A stretch of DNA of 63,228 nt, counting the filler, from Dugesia japonica (taxonomy: Eukaryota): the NCBI GenBank assembly GCA_001938525.1. It is 6 parts of 6 records of this genome, joined end to end, with 100 filler letters (N's around TTAATTAATTAA, not from the genome) between each part and the next. Parts side by side here need not be neighbours in the genome. Positions count along the whole stretch, not along the records: positions 28,375 to 40,338 come from MQRL01631849.1; positions 40,439 to 49,189 come from MQRL01574272.1; positions 49,290 to 63,228 come from MQRL01476771.1; 3 more parts are not named here. One strand, given 5' to 3'. The translations under genes and the position numbers were made by a program. This document shows, in pieces, positions 39,386-52,368 of the stretch. The notes beneath the pieces were generated by a model. The model was not told the origin of the DNA and did no database searches. It worked only from the letters and a program-made list of their open reading frames with translations. Each line of letters opens with the position of its first letter. The stretch's first letter is position 1.

Positions 39386-41717
39386 TTTAAGATTAACATA
39401 AAAACCTTTTGCATGATTGTTTCCTTTAGAGTCATGCAATAAATTAGATGGAAAACACTATCAATTTATAACACTAAATATCTTTTAAATATGTTTTCTT
39501 TTTTTTTATGTCATTACCACCATTCATTTCTATAACAACACTGGAACCGAATGGTTTTTTTTCTTATTTTAAATATGATATTAAATCATACCAAATAAAA
39601 GACTCATGAAAAAAGTAATAAATTGTCTATTTTTTTTATCAACAAAAATGGTTTTTCTTACAGTATTAAATAATTTTTTAAATGAAAAAAAATAAATTTA
39701 AAAATACTAATTTGTTTTTTTCAAAGTAAAAACCGAAGCCTCATTTGTTAGTAGTTGATCAGCAAATTAAATGTGAAATAAAACCTCTAAGAAAGATTCA
39801 CGCTAAGATATTGAATATACTAATTATAATTTCTCTAATAACACATCCTCAATGAAATCTGACCCCCCATCTACGCTTAGAAAACTGAATCAATTCATTG
39901 AAAATCTTTGTCGATTATAAGATATTAAAAAAGATAACTGCTATTACAATGAACTGGCTCAACATGATTTTACCTGTTATCATTTGTTCGGCTACAACAA
40001 GCTCAATTGAAAATCACAGTAACTTGAAGCAATCAATTTACTAGCGTTTTTTTCTACTCTGTGTATACATACATCAGCTCTCCAAACCACCATATACATT
40101 TAATTAGTTCTGATGTACAGATTGATAATATTTTTCTGAACTTTACATGGCATTGAAACCATAAGAGCCACTAATAATATATTGCTATTTGATACTACTA
40201 TTGCGGAGAAATAGCTAATTAGATCTTTACAATCTCCCTTGAGTCTGTAGATTTGAATGAATTGAATCGACACTCTTATATAACTCCCAACTGTGAAACA
40301 AATACTCGCTTACAAAAACAATCTACGGTTCGAGTCAANNNNNNNNNNNNNNNNNNNNNNNNNNNNNNNNNNNNNNNNNNNNTTAATTAATTAANNNNNN
40401 NNNNNNNNNNNNNNNNNNNNNNNNNNNNNNNNNNNNNNCTGACTCATAATCTATTATTTTATTATTTATAATAATCATGATGATTTATTCTAATTTTCCT
40501 CCTATAATTTCTCTTTAAAATATCAAAATATTTTAATTTAATTATTTGTTTTAATATTTCTTTGTCTCTCATCAATATAATTTTATTTTTAACACATGGA
40601 TACATTCAACACATTTATCCAAATTATAAATAATAATAGATATTCCTTGTTCTATTGACATTCTTCTTTTCGATCACTTTGACTTATTTTCTGNNNNNNN
40701 NNNNNNNNNNNNNNNNNNNNNNNNNNNNNNNNNNNNNNNNNNNNNNNNNNNNNNNNNNNNNNNNNNNNNNNNNNNNNNNNNNNNNNNNNNNNNTTTTTAT
40801 TGTGTTACCCTAGATTTTGTTTGATATTTCTTACACTTTTTAACTTCAGTTATTATTATTCAATAATCGTTTCCTAATTATTTCATAGATCAATATTTCT
40901 TTTATTTCTCATTATTTATTTATTATTTTTATTCATTTTCTTATTACTCTTTAGTTTATTTCCTTCTATAATTTTCATATTTTACGAAAGGCATTTTCAG
41001 CCCAACAAAATGATAAAAAATATATATTAACATAATTTTTATAAGTTTAAGATAATAAAGTTTAATTATTCAAAAAATTTATATGCTGTTGTTTAAAGAA
41101 TAAATTTTCAACGTTAAGCTATGCCTTCTTCATGGTAAGCTTAATTTATCTNTATTGGTAATTTCAATGTAAACGAATATAGAAATTCTCAAACTGCAAG
41201 GACATCGGAAAAACGTGATCAAGCGAATTGAAAGAATTTGGGGAAAAGTTGAGCTCTCAGAAGAAAAAAAGTAAACAAATCAAACTTTGGATATTTTCCG
41301 AATCTCAAAATGAGAGAAATAAATGTTGTGAAGTTGAAAATATTGAAAATATTTTATTTAAAGAATTTTCTCTGATAAGAGCTTTCAGAGTTTTGGACAT
41401 CTTTGTTAGTGTTGGGGTGAAACACCCACGTTGAGAAGAAAAAACAAAGCCAGGGGCCCAAATCGTGAAGAAGGAGATTATAAAAAGAGATTACACTTAT
41501 ACGAAAACGGGTGAAAAGATAAATATAGAAAGAAAGCATCAAGTGGGTAAAATAGTGACTAAAATCAAGTTATTAATTAGGAGAATTATAATTATTAAAA
41601 AATAATAAGAAAATGGTTCAGAAAATAATAATTTGATTTTGATTTTTAATATCTGAATTATTTTAGTGTCTCGAATCCAATTACCCCATAGTTTAAGAGG
41701 AAGTCATCGTATAATTC

Positions 41718-41995
41718 AGAATTTGCTGCTCGAGAGGCACATTAAATGACAAACCGAGCGTGCACTGCTTCGTCACTTAACACAACGGAATAAGTTCATA
41801 AAGAAATTGTATTTAATCGTGAAAAAAATGACTTAGCCGAACAGACAAAGCAGCTCCTGCAACACAAGGTCGAATTTTTGAAGCGTTATATAGCCGACCT
41901 GTCTAGGCAGCTGGGGGACGAGGCGGGGATTCGTTGGAATGACAACGATGACGAAGCCACCTTTAATTTTTTGGATGATGACCCGGCCCTAACAT
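41718..41995 (+). pseudogene. Orphan coiled-coil gene family B, copy 1
   Basis: LLLERHIK*QTERALLRHLTQRNKFIKKLYLIVKK/DLAEQTKQLLQHKVEFLKRYIADLSRQ...WNDNDDEATFNFLDDDP. Collinear with 47490-47770 (-). Confidence 0.7.
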
Positions 41996-42879
41996 CAGCG
42001 CATTGTGATTCAACGAGTGCCTTAATATTTTGCAAGTGTCATCCGTGAATTTTTACATTAAAGAAATAATGATTTAGGGCTCCAATTCTCATTACGATGT
42101 CCGCTCTCTTGTTACAAACGTTAAGACTAATTCGTAAAGAAAGACACAGAGCCCGTAATAAGCAGTTATTGGCTCACATTTTATCCGGTGGTAAGATCTA
42201 ACATCCCGATGAAACCGACCTCCAATGTTTTGTCGACATGTTCCCCTTGAATATTTCCTTGGACATGGATGCCGAAAACTAATTATAACCATTCTCCAGT
42301 GTGTCGTTTTATGTTAAATAAATTATAATCCCGTAAAATGTTGTTAAAATTTTTGTTAGGTGTATTCTATATTTCTGCCACATTATAATTTTAATTTGAG
42401 TATGATAAATATATTTTTTAGTGGAATACAATTGGAAAGTCGTATTAGATCAGAGAACTGGGCACACCGTTTTTAAACGTTATCGTAACCTTCATAGCAG
42501 AGATGCCGGGGTACTTATCGATAGGTCAAACTTGAACGGGTCTCCTTAAACACCAAAATTTACTCAATTAAGCAGATAAGCAATTGTTTTGATTTGAGCC
42601 CAGTAAATATAGCATACACATACATCATGAGCAACAGAATCCAGTAAATATAACAAGCATGCACCACAAANNNNNNNNNNNNNNNNNNNNNNNNNNNNNN
42701 NNNNNNNNNNNNNNNNNNNNNNNNNNNNNNNNNNNNNNNNNNNNNNNNNNNNNNNNNNNNNNNNNNNNNNNNNNNNNNATTAGTCGACAGTGATTTTATC
42801 GATTATTTAAAGTATTATAAACATTATTCTATCAACTGTATAAATAAACATTATTATTATTCATTTAAAATAAAAATTT

Positions 42880-42975
42880 GGAAATTCAATATTTCGACTT
42901 TGTCTTGGTCAGGAATTAACTTTTTTAAAAAAACTCAAAAAAAAAATTTTCTGATCGAAGCTGTTATTATAAATG
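42880..42975 (-). repeat. Partial copy of the hammerhead repeat
   Basis: Minus strand AAUUC-CUGACCA-AGACAAAGUC-GAAAUAUU-GAAUU (core G8 changed to C). Confidence 0.7.
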
Positions 42976-43122
42976 AATCAAATTTATTATTGAAATAAAT
43001 TAAATTTATGAGTTTGCCTGCAAATTTTGCATTAAAAAAAAAGAAAAAAAATCAATATTTTAAAAAAATTAATGAAAAAAAAACGAAATAAATTCTACAT
43101 TTATATTTTCAAAAATATCATT

Positions 43123-45944
43123 CTAAACATATAAACAATCTTGATCTAATTTTTCTAAAACTTCTTCGTCTTTTATATACGGAGTAAACATTACTGTGGA
43201 TTTCAATTCCGACTGTTCATCGGTGTCTTGTTTCGTTTGAGAGGGAAAACCAAAATTCAAAATATTTTTACGAGGTCTTCCTCGTTTTTTCTGTTCCTCA
43301 TTAATCTGGTTTTCATTTATCACTACGTAAACAATAAGTAAATCAATCACCGAAAACAAAAAAANTTTTTAAAAAAGAAGAAAAAAAATCGTTTAGTCCT
43401 TACAAAATGCTTCTGCAAAATTCTGATAATCTAACTGAGTGCCATCGATTTCTTCATTAGAATACGACCTATCAACTATCGGAACACTATTAACTAATGG
43501 AGTCACGTCAATTTCATCTTTCAGTGAAATCGTTTTTCGAGGTCTTCCACGAGGTTTCTTAACGAACTCATGCGAGTAAATCGGTTCATGTTTTACTGCT
43601 AATTTAAACAAAAAAGAGATTATTATTTACAATTATCAATTTCCATAACACTCAACTCTTACTAGACTCTATTTTCTGATTAGAAGTTTCCCTAAACGAA
43701 TCAAGTATTTCCGAATCGTCGATAATTTTTCGTTTTCGACCGCGTTTTTTCGGTGAAACTTTCACCAAATCGAGTTTTCCGGTTTCATGACGATTAATGT
43801 GACTTCTGATGAGAAGTTCTGTGTTTGCTGTGAAATTACAGTTTTCGTAAGGACAGGAAAACCTCCCGATATTTCCATGAGATTTCCGTGAATTAATCTC
43901 ATCGGCATGATACTCTTGGATGTGCTCATTCAATGTGGAATTTTCATTGAAAATCAATTCACAATATCTACAAACGCTTTTCCTGGCGACTTTAATATCG
44001 TGACATCGGGTAATGTGATGGTTTAATTGATTGTAATGCTCAAATCCCCCGGCATTACAAACCGGACAAGAGATAGACATGTTTTCTTTGTGATCTTTAA
44101 TATGTTTTTTCAATTCGTCAAAATCTTCCAGTAACACATCACACGAGACACACTGGAACATTTTATTCAGTCTCTGATTGCAAACTCTAATATGATTTCT
44201 AATATCGAACAACTTTGTGAATCTCTCATTACAACCTAAACAAACCACTTTCACCTGTAAAATTCAACGAGTAACATGCAATATTAGTAATAATTATTAT
44301 CTACCACAGAGCCGAGCTTTTCAGTAACATGTTCACGTAATTCATGTTCCCTCGTACGCAAGTGGGCCAAATAGATATCGTGAGTCTTAAAACTTTTCTT
44401 ACAAATCTCACAAGAAAACAACTTTTCCGACACATGTCGACTGCGATGGGTTTTCATATTAGCGTTTTGAGTGAATCGTTTATGACAAATGTCACATTCG
44501 AAGGGTTTATCGCCGGTGTGTGCTCGGATATGATGGGCAAAAGTACCACCGTTATTCGTCATGTAATTACAATCCGGTGAGAAATTACAATGAAATTTAT
44601 ATTTATTAGGATCTTTCGGTGGTTTTTTCGGATCGACATGGTCCCGACGTGCGTGTAAAAACAAGTCAGATAATTGTTGGAACATTCCTGGACACTGGCG
44701 ACAAACGAAAACCTTAACATTATGAACGTCTTTGAAATGCTTAGTCAAAGAATTTGCATGGTTAAACTGTTTTAAACAATCGCTTTCAGGACAAACATAA
44801 CGAATTTTTACCTGAAAAATAAAAACAATTTATGAATATATCTTCGTCAATTTGAAAAAAAAATATAGGAATGCCAAAGAAATATTTAATTCTAAATTTT
44901 AATACAAACACTTAACAACAGTGCGTAAATCAAACCGTACTATCCAAAACAAGAACAAATTTTATCAAAATACATTTTTTAAAACTATAATCAGAATTAA
45001 TTTAAAGTATAAATTAATATACAAGATATTAATAAAATAATAACTTAATTATAAGTTTAAATCTAAATTCAAAATGAATTATTTAATGGAAAAAATGTTN
45101 ATAATAAGAATATGAAAATTTAATTAATGATTGTTTTAATAATATATTACCAATAATTCAAATATCAAATCAAATTACTTAATAATTAGTGATAAAAATT
45201 AGTCGTAATAATTTAACAATGAAAAAAACGAAAATATTTTCGTAACATTACTTTAAAATGTATTTCTTTACATACATAGATGCAAAGCGACAAATATTAT
45301 ATTAAAACACTTAATTAATTCATCTAATTCAATTTACTTCCAAATTCATTTATAATTTATTATAATTATTTAAATTAAATGTAAAATTAGTAAATGATTT
45401 TAAAAAAAATTAGTAAATATAGCTGTATTGAAAATCGTCCAAAAATGAAATACAATTGTTTGCAAAACAATAAGTGTTTTATTTACTATTAAGTATCAAT
45501 TTAATATTGTTATTTAAAATCAAATTTAAAAATGATTAATTTATTATAAAATGTTTAGTAATATGAAATACTTACTTCTTCCAAAAAATAATCATTATTA
45601 TGATCAATTGAAACTTTATAATATTTTCCATCTTTCTAATTAGCGATTATATAAATATGATAGTGAGACTCATTAATATACTTCAACGACTTGATTTGCG
45701 TATTTCTCTGGATCTATAGATTCATCAGCATTATACTAATTTAATAAGTAAAGCATTATCTAATTCATAAACTATAACTAACGTCATCGGTTTCTAAATA
45801 ATCTGTTTCAAAATTTTGATCCTAAAAATACACAATAATTAATAAATAATTTATTTCCGAATGAAAACAATTATAAAATATTGAAATATTTTTAATAAAT
45901 TTACATGCCTCGATAAGACTATCTTCTTCAGGATTTTGATACAT
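43123..45944 (-). CDS. Multi-C2H2 zinc-finger protein with C-terminal AT-hook-like motifs; exons 45944-45909, 45821-45783, 45735-45682, 45635-45576, 44811-44305, 44254-43663, 43598-43404, 43322-43123; ~560 aa
   Basis: About ten C2H2 fingers, including an HTGDKPFEC linker. KKRGRKRK, KPRGRPRK and KKRGRPRK motifs. The spliced model is in frame end to end (1683 nt) if the first intron uses a GC donor. The four small 5' exons are less certain. Confidence 0.88.
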
Positions 45945-47489
45945 ATCGCGTGTTTTAAATTAAAATTACTACTAAAAGATTTAAACAAAGTTTTCACAAA
46001 ATTTGAAAATTAAAATAATTATAATATATAAATTTACAAAAAACATTTAAAATTTATAGTTAGTAATTTTAGTTTATTAATAAATAATCCAATAAATATG
46101 AAAAAGCAAATAATTTGATTATTTATGTTATTTTATCTAAAGTAGTAATTAATTTCAAAGTTGATTTTAATTAAATTTATTTACTCCTTGTATTTTGTAA
46201 TATTATTTAAAGAAACACACGAATTTTAAAGATGCCCATTAAAAATGAAAATAATTACATTTCGCAAAATTCTTATTATTAAAAACAAAAGTTAAATAAA
46301 TGTTGATTTTTAAACTTATTTTTTAAATTTAAGTATATTAAAAAATTGCTAAATCTATTGCACGTAATTATTAATGTTTCTATTAAATTAAAATTAACTC
46401 TTCTTATTTGAAAATTTTTATAAATAATTTATGAATATTCATTTGTAACAATGTTTTCCTAATAATAAAACCACGTTATAAAATGTCTGTTCAGGGCAAT
46501 ATAGATATTGAATTTAAAATTAATCATCTATTTTTATCATAATGTATCATTATGTTTAATATTTACGTAGTAGGGTTATACATGTAACTTATACAACTGT
46601 ATGTTAATATAATTTAATATATTTTGAAACGGTTCGGTAATTAATACACACATTTCATCCATTCAGACGAAAATTTATATACTATTTCTTTTTAAATAAT
46701 CAAAGATTTAAAATTTTAATTACTCGTTCTGAGGACTTATACATAGAACTCAAAAATATTATTTCATTTTAATATTAACAGAATACAAAATGCAAAAGTC
46801 AATAGAATGGATTAACATATTAATAAATAAATAAACAAATTAATAAATAACATGATAATTTTGTTCCATAAAAAATGAAGATTTATTAGGAAAATAAGTA
46901 TGTATGTACTCAAAAAGAAAGTAATACTCATTCAATTGAAACTCAAAAGTAAACAGTAAAACCTTTACGAAATATTTTATAACGGAAAACAATAAATATT
47001 AAGAACGAGTATAAGTTTAAAAATAAAAGTCTATCAAAAATCCATCAACTATTATATCTTAAACAAATATCTTAATGTTAAATTTCAATTCTAGAAGCGA
47101 TGATTTGAATTCTCATAATTCTTCGAATAATGATTTACAAAATTTTAATCTAATCGATTCGGAAATTGACAATGAGAGTTGTTGGCTCTGATGTTTTTTG
47201 ATTTTCTTAGATCTTTTCTAGTGTGCACTGTCCCTTTGTTCTTTTTGTACTTTCTTGGTATTAATTTCATCTTAATAGCTTATAGAGGTAGATGCCCCCA
47301 AGACGGCAAAAATTTAGCAACACTCCGTGTGTTAGATCACCTACATCGAGTCCATGCGGGACTATATGGTATCCCGTTTCAATTTTTTCTTTGGCTGCAG
47401 TGTTTTTCGAAAATTTATGCTGGTCCACTTTAACTTAAAATTACTGAAAACATAAAGTGAAACAGCTATGAATTTCCGTATTTTAACAT

Positions 47490-47770
47490 CATGGATCATC
47501 CAAATCGTCTGAAAAATCGAACGCGACCTCATGATCTTAGTTGTCCCAAGGTTCTAGTGCTTCTACACTGTTTCGAGCGGTTAGATCCGCTATATATTGT
47601 ATCACGAAATTGACCTTATTGAACAGTTGGTTTGCAGTTCGGTTCGCGATTTCTAGCTGTTTCTTAGAAACAAGATTTAGTTTTTTAATTAGACGATTCT
47701 TCTGCAAGATATGACGCAACAAAGTATGTTCTCATTTTTTGGCGTAGTACCGTTCTAAGAGAAATCTTTG
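47490..47770 (-). pseudogene. Orphan coiled-coil gene family B, copy 2
   Basis: FLLERYYAKK*EHTLLRHILQKNRLIKKLNLVSKKQLEIANRTANQLFNKVNFVIQYIADLTAR...WDN*DHEVAFDFSDDLDDP. Homologous to 41718-41995. Confidence 0.7.
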
Positions 47771-50700
47771 CAAAAGCTTATGGCAGCAGCGAAGACTTCT
47801 AATAATTGGATTCAAGGCATTACAATTGAAGATAAATAATAAATCGGAATGGTTAATTCATAAAATGAGTTAACAATTATTGTGATTAAAACTATATGGT
47901 ATTAATGATGTTAACAAAATGATTAGTTCATATAATGGGTTGACAAGCAATTAAGGCCTTAACAAAATTGTAACATTAAGATTGTATTTCAAATAATGAA
48001 ATAAGTTATATATGATTGCCATTAATTCTGGATTGTTTAAGTAGATTTGTCAAGGGCACCCGTTTTCATAACGTCAATAGATCTTGCAGGAGTTTATTTT
48101 CACGGTCATGTAGAGAACAAATGATCTCAGCAAACGATTCAAGCTGGATTTGAAAAACAAAGAGAATCATAGAAAATTTAGAAATCATAGGCCAAGCACC
48201 AAATAATAGTCTAAAAACCGAAATTAAAAAAGGCACCAATCTAGAGAAAGTTGTGGTGCAAGGCGAAATGGTATATAAGCCTCCATATTTTAGACGAAAA
48301 ACATCTTCTCTCTAAAAATTTAATTGTAAGTTGATCATAACAACTCTGCTACTAAATTGAACTAAGAAATCTGTGGCAAAAAGAAAAATTATTGAAAATC
48401 ATACAATCAAAAGCGACTTACTCGGACTAACATTGTACCCGTTGCAGATATCACAATCAAATAAAGTAATGTTTAGTTTCTATGTAAAAATCATCACTTT
48501 ATCTTGTTTAATAAAATTATTATTTATATTTATTTTCTTTATTCAATAGAATTAAATCAAACAATATTGTATTTGATATCCGGTTGCCTTTCTTTTCCGA
48601 AAAAACACTGAATTCACCGCGAGAAATACCTGACTGACTTCTCTAATTTTTTGTCGCAGATGAGCTTTGATTAATTAGCATTATCCAGTAAGTTAGATAA
48701 AAATTCTAATTAACAAATGATTTTTAAAAAAATGTATGGTTTCCTGCACGGTTTGCTTATCAGCCGCATTTTCTACTCATACCTGGTAATTCCAGAGTAT
48801 AATCCTGCTTTATTTTTGTATAGAACTTTAGTCGACTGTGATCGATTCTCCAAATCCACACATGAATATAACAAAGAATTTTGCCTTGTTATTATTATTA
48901 TTATTAATTTTGTTGGGGTTCCACCTGAGTTGGAAAACAAGTGACTGGGGAAAAAACAGTCCTCAGGAGAACCCTTTCAAGAATTTAAACCCTACCGTCC
49001 CTATGGTAGGTTTTCAGTTTATTGCGGTTGACCTTACCCTTGATGGAAGGTGCGCACCAATAAACCTTTCGTTCAGTTTCTATATTTTTCCCTGGTATTA
49101 TTTAGTTGATTTACCCCATTTCTATGAATTAAAGAAAAATTTATTAGTACTAAGAGAGTTAAACCATGTCTATTAATCAAACATTTATTNNNNNNNNNNN
49201 NNNNNNNNNNNNNNNNNNNNNNNNNNNNNNNNNTTAATTAATTAANNNNNNNNNNNNNNNNNNNNNNNNNNNNNNNNNNNNNNNNNNNNCATTTTTATTT
49301 TCCGTACCCGGTGTTTCACGCCAACAATTTCACTTAATTTAAGCAAAAAACAAATGATCTTTGCCTTAAAACTTTATGATGACCCCATGAAAACACATCG
49401 ATGATTTACCAAAAATCGAGCCCAGTTGGCCTTGAACTTAAAATTTCAACCAATCAAAAACCCTAGAAACGTGTTTTAAAACTTTCTCCCGGAGGGGGGA
49501 AACCCTGTGTCCTACTATCCATCTACTAAAGACTAGTTTCTAGAACAAATCTTTTTAATAAAAAGGAATGCAAGAAGGAACTTTACTGACGCTACCAATC
49601 TGGACAAGAAATAATAACAAGAAATAACAAGACAAAATATTTCCTAGTAATTTCAAATTAATAATTATTTTTTCTAATGGTTGTGGTAAAATCGTATTAT
49701 TAATGAATATATATGTCATTTATTTTACTGTAAATCATATCGAATTATAATTAATTTCTGCAGGATTTAAATTGACAACTCAACATTTAATTTAATTTTT
49801 TTAAAAACAAAAATATTCTTTCAGATTATATTACAACTCCTTTGCTTCGAATTTTTTGTTTTTCAGATGTATTCTATTCTAGATATAGTCTATTATAAAT
49901 TCCTTAAATATCTGAGAAATATTACTAAATTTTTGATGAAGAGTAAGTTTATTTTGTCTGGAAAATGTGAAGTAAATTTTTACATCATTTTAGTGTAGAT
50001 CAAGTAGAGTGTTGAATTTATTTCTAACTTTATAAATTTTGATATCAGTAGGCAATTGGGTGTATATTGTTTTATCAACAATACTAAAAGTAAACTAACA
50101 GTTTTTTGAAGAATTAGCAGATTTATAATCATGCAAAGAACTGGATACAAATTTGGCTTGAATTTTTGATTTCATTAGAAGAAAATTAATTAATTCATTA
50201 ATTAAGTAATTCATAAAGAATAGGTATGGTATCAATCAGCTAAGATCTATGGTGTACTTGATTACAGAAAAAGATAATCCATCTTAATTCGTTTAGTGTA
50301 AATGTATAGATAAAAAAATATTTCCAAATGAACTGTTTGAATGAAATATTTTATTTTATTAATTTTTAGCTGTTCTTTACCAAATTAGTAGAGAAATCTA
50401 TTCTAAGAACCGGATGTTTTAAGGACTTTATAATATCGTACAAGTATCTTATCACATGTGGTTTTTAATATTTTATGAGAAATTTTAATTCATCTAATTT
50501 CGAGTTATTTTGGAAGTATCAACTACCTTGATTTTGATCGGTGTTTTTATTTGCAATTAAAAATACCCATGAATGGACCTTATTAATATTAAAATNTCTA
50601 AGTATTTTTCAAATGGAAATTTTAATNAAGTAACTANGAACTGATAGCTCGAAGTCAATTCGATTAGTTTGCTTTTAATATTCAATAGTGCAGTTTTGGA

Positions 50701-52011
50701 AAGTGAATTTTTGATTAATTTCTAGATTTAAAAAAGTTGTCATTTTCTAGTCAATATTCGTCTTTTTAATATTAATTTTTTCAAAAGAATCATGAATCAT
50801 TGATTTCTTGAAACGGGATGGTTCTATTTGTTTCAATTCCCATAATTTTAAAAGTACTATAATGTTAATAGAACCCAATTCTTACTGTTGACATATATAC
50901 ATGTGAAGTTTTTGATAATTTTTCCTTAGTTAAAGTTATTCCATATTTTTCTGATTGATGGTCTTCCTTTGCTAATGTAAATACATATCTTAGAATTACC
51001 ACGATTATTTTGTTATATCATATTGTGCTCAATAAGACGCTTAATTTGGATATCACTTAACTAAAAGGTTGCATTGTAAAGAGTCGCTTTCAAAGTCAAT
51101 TTTCAGATTGATTGTGTGGCTCTGTCATCTATTTACAGCTTTTTCAAGTTTTTGAACTTTAAGATTTTCATCTTTTTCAGCTTCCTATGTATTTTCGACT
51201 AAACTAATGTTGAGAACGGTTTAAAGATTTGGTTTTATCGTCTTAGGTTAAGATTCATTGAAATTTTGTGATTGTTGTTCTTTTTCAATTAAAGAAAGAC
51301 AATTTATTTCGAAAATACTTACAGTTCTTAAGGAATTTACATCTAGGAAATACAAAATGAAAACAAAAGAAATGGAAATATTTAGTTATAAATTAAAGTC
51401 CAAATCCTCAGGAACCAAACAAATGAATTTAATTTCTGTTCAAATATAATCACTTATGAGTCTTTTTGATGGTTTTTGAAATGTTGATTATAATAACCTG
51501 TGTGTATTATGGTCATACAGTGAAATTTTTAAGCTTTACAATTACAATTATTGCGAGAATGATTGTTGGAGTTAACCATTGTTCGCATTTGAGATTTCAT
51601 TGAAATAATTGCTTTGATCAAATTGTTGATAACAGCAATTTGATCGAAGTTATTATTTCAATGAAAAGTTTCCAGTTTATAATTTATTTTACGTTTATAA
51701 TTTCGCATTTATGCTTTCTACTTNNNNNNNNNNNNNNNNNNNNNNNNNNNNNNNNNNNNNNNNNNNNNNNNNNNNNNNNNNNNNNNNNNNNNNNNNNNNN
51801 NNNNNNNNNNNNNNNNNNNNNNNNNNNNNNNNNNNNNNNNNNNNNNNNNNNNNNTTTTTAAGAAAACGCAAAATCTTAACATTTTCATTTATTTTAAATC
51901 TAAAACGACAAATTTCTACATAAAATTTAATTATATTAATAGTTAAACGTACTTCTTTTAATATATCAATTTAATTTTCTAAATAGCTTGTATGAATTTA
52001 TTAAATTTGAT

Positions 52012-52368
52012 ATGAGTGATAAAATTGAAGTACCAGAAGGGTTAACTGAGTTACTACAAAATTTTGCAATTTCGGTTTTAAGAAACAAACCTCACAATCT
52101 TGTACAATATGCTTTTGATTATTTTAGAGATTTATCTAGTTAGTCCCTGTTATTTTTTTGAATTATATTATTTCAATCTTTAAAAAATAGGATTATATAA
52201 ATATTTATAAAATTTTTATAAAACTGATTAAGAATGCATGTTTTATGTTCTATTTCGTAGCATGTTAAAGTTTTAATATTCAATTTTACTCTTCAGATAA
52301 GCACGAAGAACTGAATAATTCTGGAAATCATGGTCTTTCAGAAGACTCTGATAATGATGATAATATAC
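52012..52368 (+). CDS. PRKAR2: cAMP-dependent protein kinase type II regulatory subunit, first two exons (52012-52138, 52297-52368)
   Basis: MSDKIEVPEGLTELLQNFAISVLRNKPHNLVQYAFDYFRDLS is an RIIa dimerisation/docking domain. A phase-1 GT-AG intron joins it to an acidic linker NKHEELNNSGNHGLSEDSDNDDNI ending at a GTGAGA donor. cNMP-binding exons not found, so another RIIa-domain protein is not excluded. Confidence 0.75.

Noticed and set aside
42458-48075. Shared GGGCAC(A)CCGTTTT..AACGT motif at ~42460 and ~48054 as a possible terminal repeat of family B elements
   Set aside because: Only about 20 nt of similarity, with no partner ends or TSDs found; could be chance.
50150-51300. Possible minus-strand non-LTR RT remnant (IRYLYDII-like string near 50435-50455)
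   Set aside because: Too degenerate to assign without a translated profile search.
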